A stretch of DNA of 63,054 bases, filler included, from Hyphochytrium catenoides (taxonomy: Eukaryota; Protista; Hyphochytriomycota), in NCBI GenBank assembly GCA_900088475.1. It is 5 parts of 5 records of this genome, joined end to end, with 100 filler letters (N's around TTAATTAATTAA, not from the genome) between each part and the next. Parts side by side here need not be neighbours in the genome. Positions count along the whole stretch, not along the records: positions 58,437 to 63,054 come from FLMG01000875.1; 4 more parts are not named here. One strand, 5' to 3'. The notes under the pieces are model-generated. The model was given only the letters and a program-made list of their open reading frames with translations, made no database searches and was not told the DNA's origin. Of the stretch, positions 61,920 through 63,054 are shown piece by piece. How positions within the stretch are numbered: position 1 is the stretch's first letter; each line of letters starts with the position of its first letter. A program made the translations under genes and the position numbers.

Positions 61920-62760
61920 CGGACGAAGTAAGGAAGCAAGCAAACCCGCTTCCTGTAATGGTGAGCATTAAACTGTATGGATCTTAGGGTGAAGGATGTT
62001 GTGCTTTTCAAACTCAATACTAATCTCTAATCTCTGCAGTGGTCAGTCCTTCCGTAGCTCAAACAGTGCTCTCCACCATCAGGTGATGACAAAAGAACTG
62101 GATTTAGTTTTTTATTGTGATTTTAGCGCCGCAAAGAAGATGAGGGAGTCAGAAGGAGGAGGATGATGAAGAATGAAGAAGCGAGAAGACACAGACCAAT
62201 AATAGTGATGACGACGCAGTCAGGGGTATTAAAACTCGTAGAAGCCGTAGTACAAGGAGATGCGGGAGTGACGAGCAGCAGGACCGGCAGCAGCTAGCCT
62301 GCGACGGCGAAGAACTTCTGAGTGAATGTCGATAATGAGAATGACTTGAAGGATAATCGCCGAAACAAGAGTTCAAGGGGAGGAGCTTAGCAAGAGAATA
62401 TCAACCTCCATCACTGACCACTACGAATGACGATGTTAGCAGCGGTGAGAATTGATGAAAAGAATTCTTCATCTGCTTCTTCTTCCCCTCCTGCAGCTGT
62501 AGAGACGTAGTAGCCTCTAGGGTCTACAAGATCTAATTATCGTCTATAAAATGGGCCAATGCTATCAGAAGAGGAAGTAGTAAGAAAGCCAGCAAACCCA
62601 CTGCTGCCTAGGACGATGGGCATTACACTATAATATTGATCTTAGGTTAACGATGTCGACAAGCTAGCTAAATAGTAATCTCTGCAGTGATCAGTCCTTC
62701 CGTGGCTTGTGCTCCTCTTCTCATCATCAGGTGACCAAATAATAACTGGATTTTAGCGCT
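61920..62760. repeat. Diverged direct repeat, ~200 bp copies at ~61920-62130 and ~62570-62760
   Basis: Collinear shared blocks: agcaaaccc, gcatta, gatcttagg, taatctctgcagtg(g/a)tcagtccttccgt, catcaggtga, aactggattt, ttttagcgc. Confidence 0.8.
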
Positions 62761-63054
62761 CCCTGATACACTGGCGTAGCATCATCTTAGGTGCCTCGCT
62801 TCTCTTCTCCTGGTCTTCAATATCCCTTCCTGTCTCTTCTCCTGGTCTTAATATCCTGTTCTACTAGCCCTGTCCATTCTGTCTGATCTCTGCCAGAGAG
62901 TAGAGGTTCTCTTTATCTGTCCTCAATATCCGCCCGTCCTATTGCTCCTGTCCCATTCTCGTCCCTGCGCTTTCCTCTTTGCTTCTTTGCTTTTTTGGGT
63001 AGTTTAAGATAACAGGAGGAGTCTGCAGGAGATGCGGAAGCAATGCATTCCGGC

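Noticed and set aside
1-63054. CRISPR arrays, rRNA, tRNA or prokaryotic operons
   Set aside because: None recognised. The DNA is spliceosomal-intron-containing eukaryotic sequence. A tRNAscan/Infernal run would be needed to exclude small RNAs.

Overview
Eukaryotic (protist-like) nuclear DNA. It consists of five unrelated assembly pieces joined by artificial 100-nt spacers (44N-TTAATTAATTAA-44N). Much of it, especially 1-25.9 kb and 53.9-57.5 kb, is saturated with (AG)n/(CT)n microsatellites, so most ORFs in the six-frame track are spurious RE/SL repeats. By splicing GT-AG exons by hand I reconstruct the following genes: an orphan putatively secreted protein; a PRPP synthetase with a mitochondrial-type N-terminal extension; a 943-aa glycosyltransferase (sterol-GT/UGT80-like) fused to an FkbM methyltransferase; a WW-domain cyclin-Y-like protein; a PIP-kinase exon; a PTS2-bearing acyl-CoA oxidase; an orphan membrane protein; a large chromatin protein with five Cro/C1-type HTH repeats plus PHD, Tudor-like, ELM2-SANT, Zn-knuckle and AT-hook; a 3xLIM protein; an intronless 7TM-RGS; an SDR epimerase/reductase; the 3' end of Pin1; CEP19; a Copia gag remnant; and an intronless RNase III-domain/TRAF-Zn-finger protein. 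The most unusual signals are the five HTH repeats each split by an intron at the identical codon, the GT-FkbM fusion, the RNase III-TRAF fusion, and introns with 5'-(AG)n ... (CT)n-3' complementary ends. CEP19, 7TM-RGS and PTS2 suggest a flagellated protist, possibly SAR/stramenopile (inference only). All calls are by motif recognition; no database search was run.
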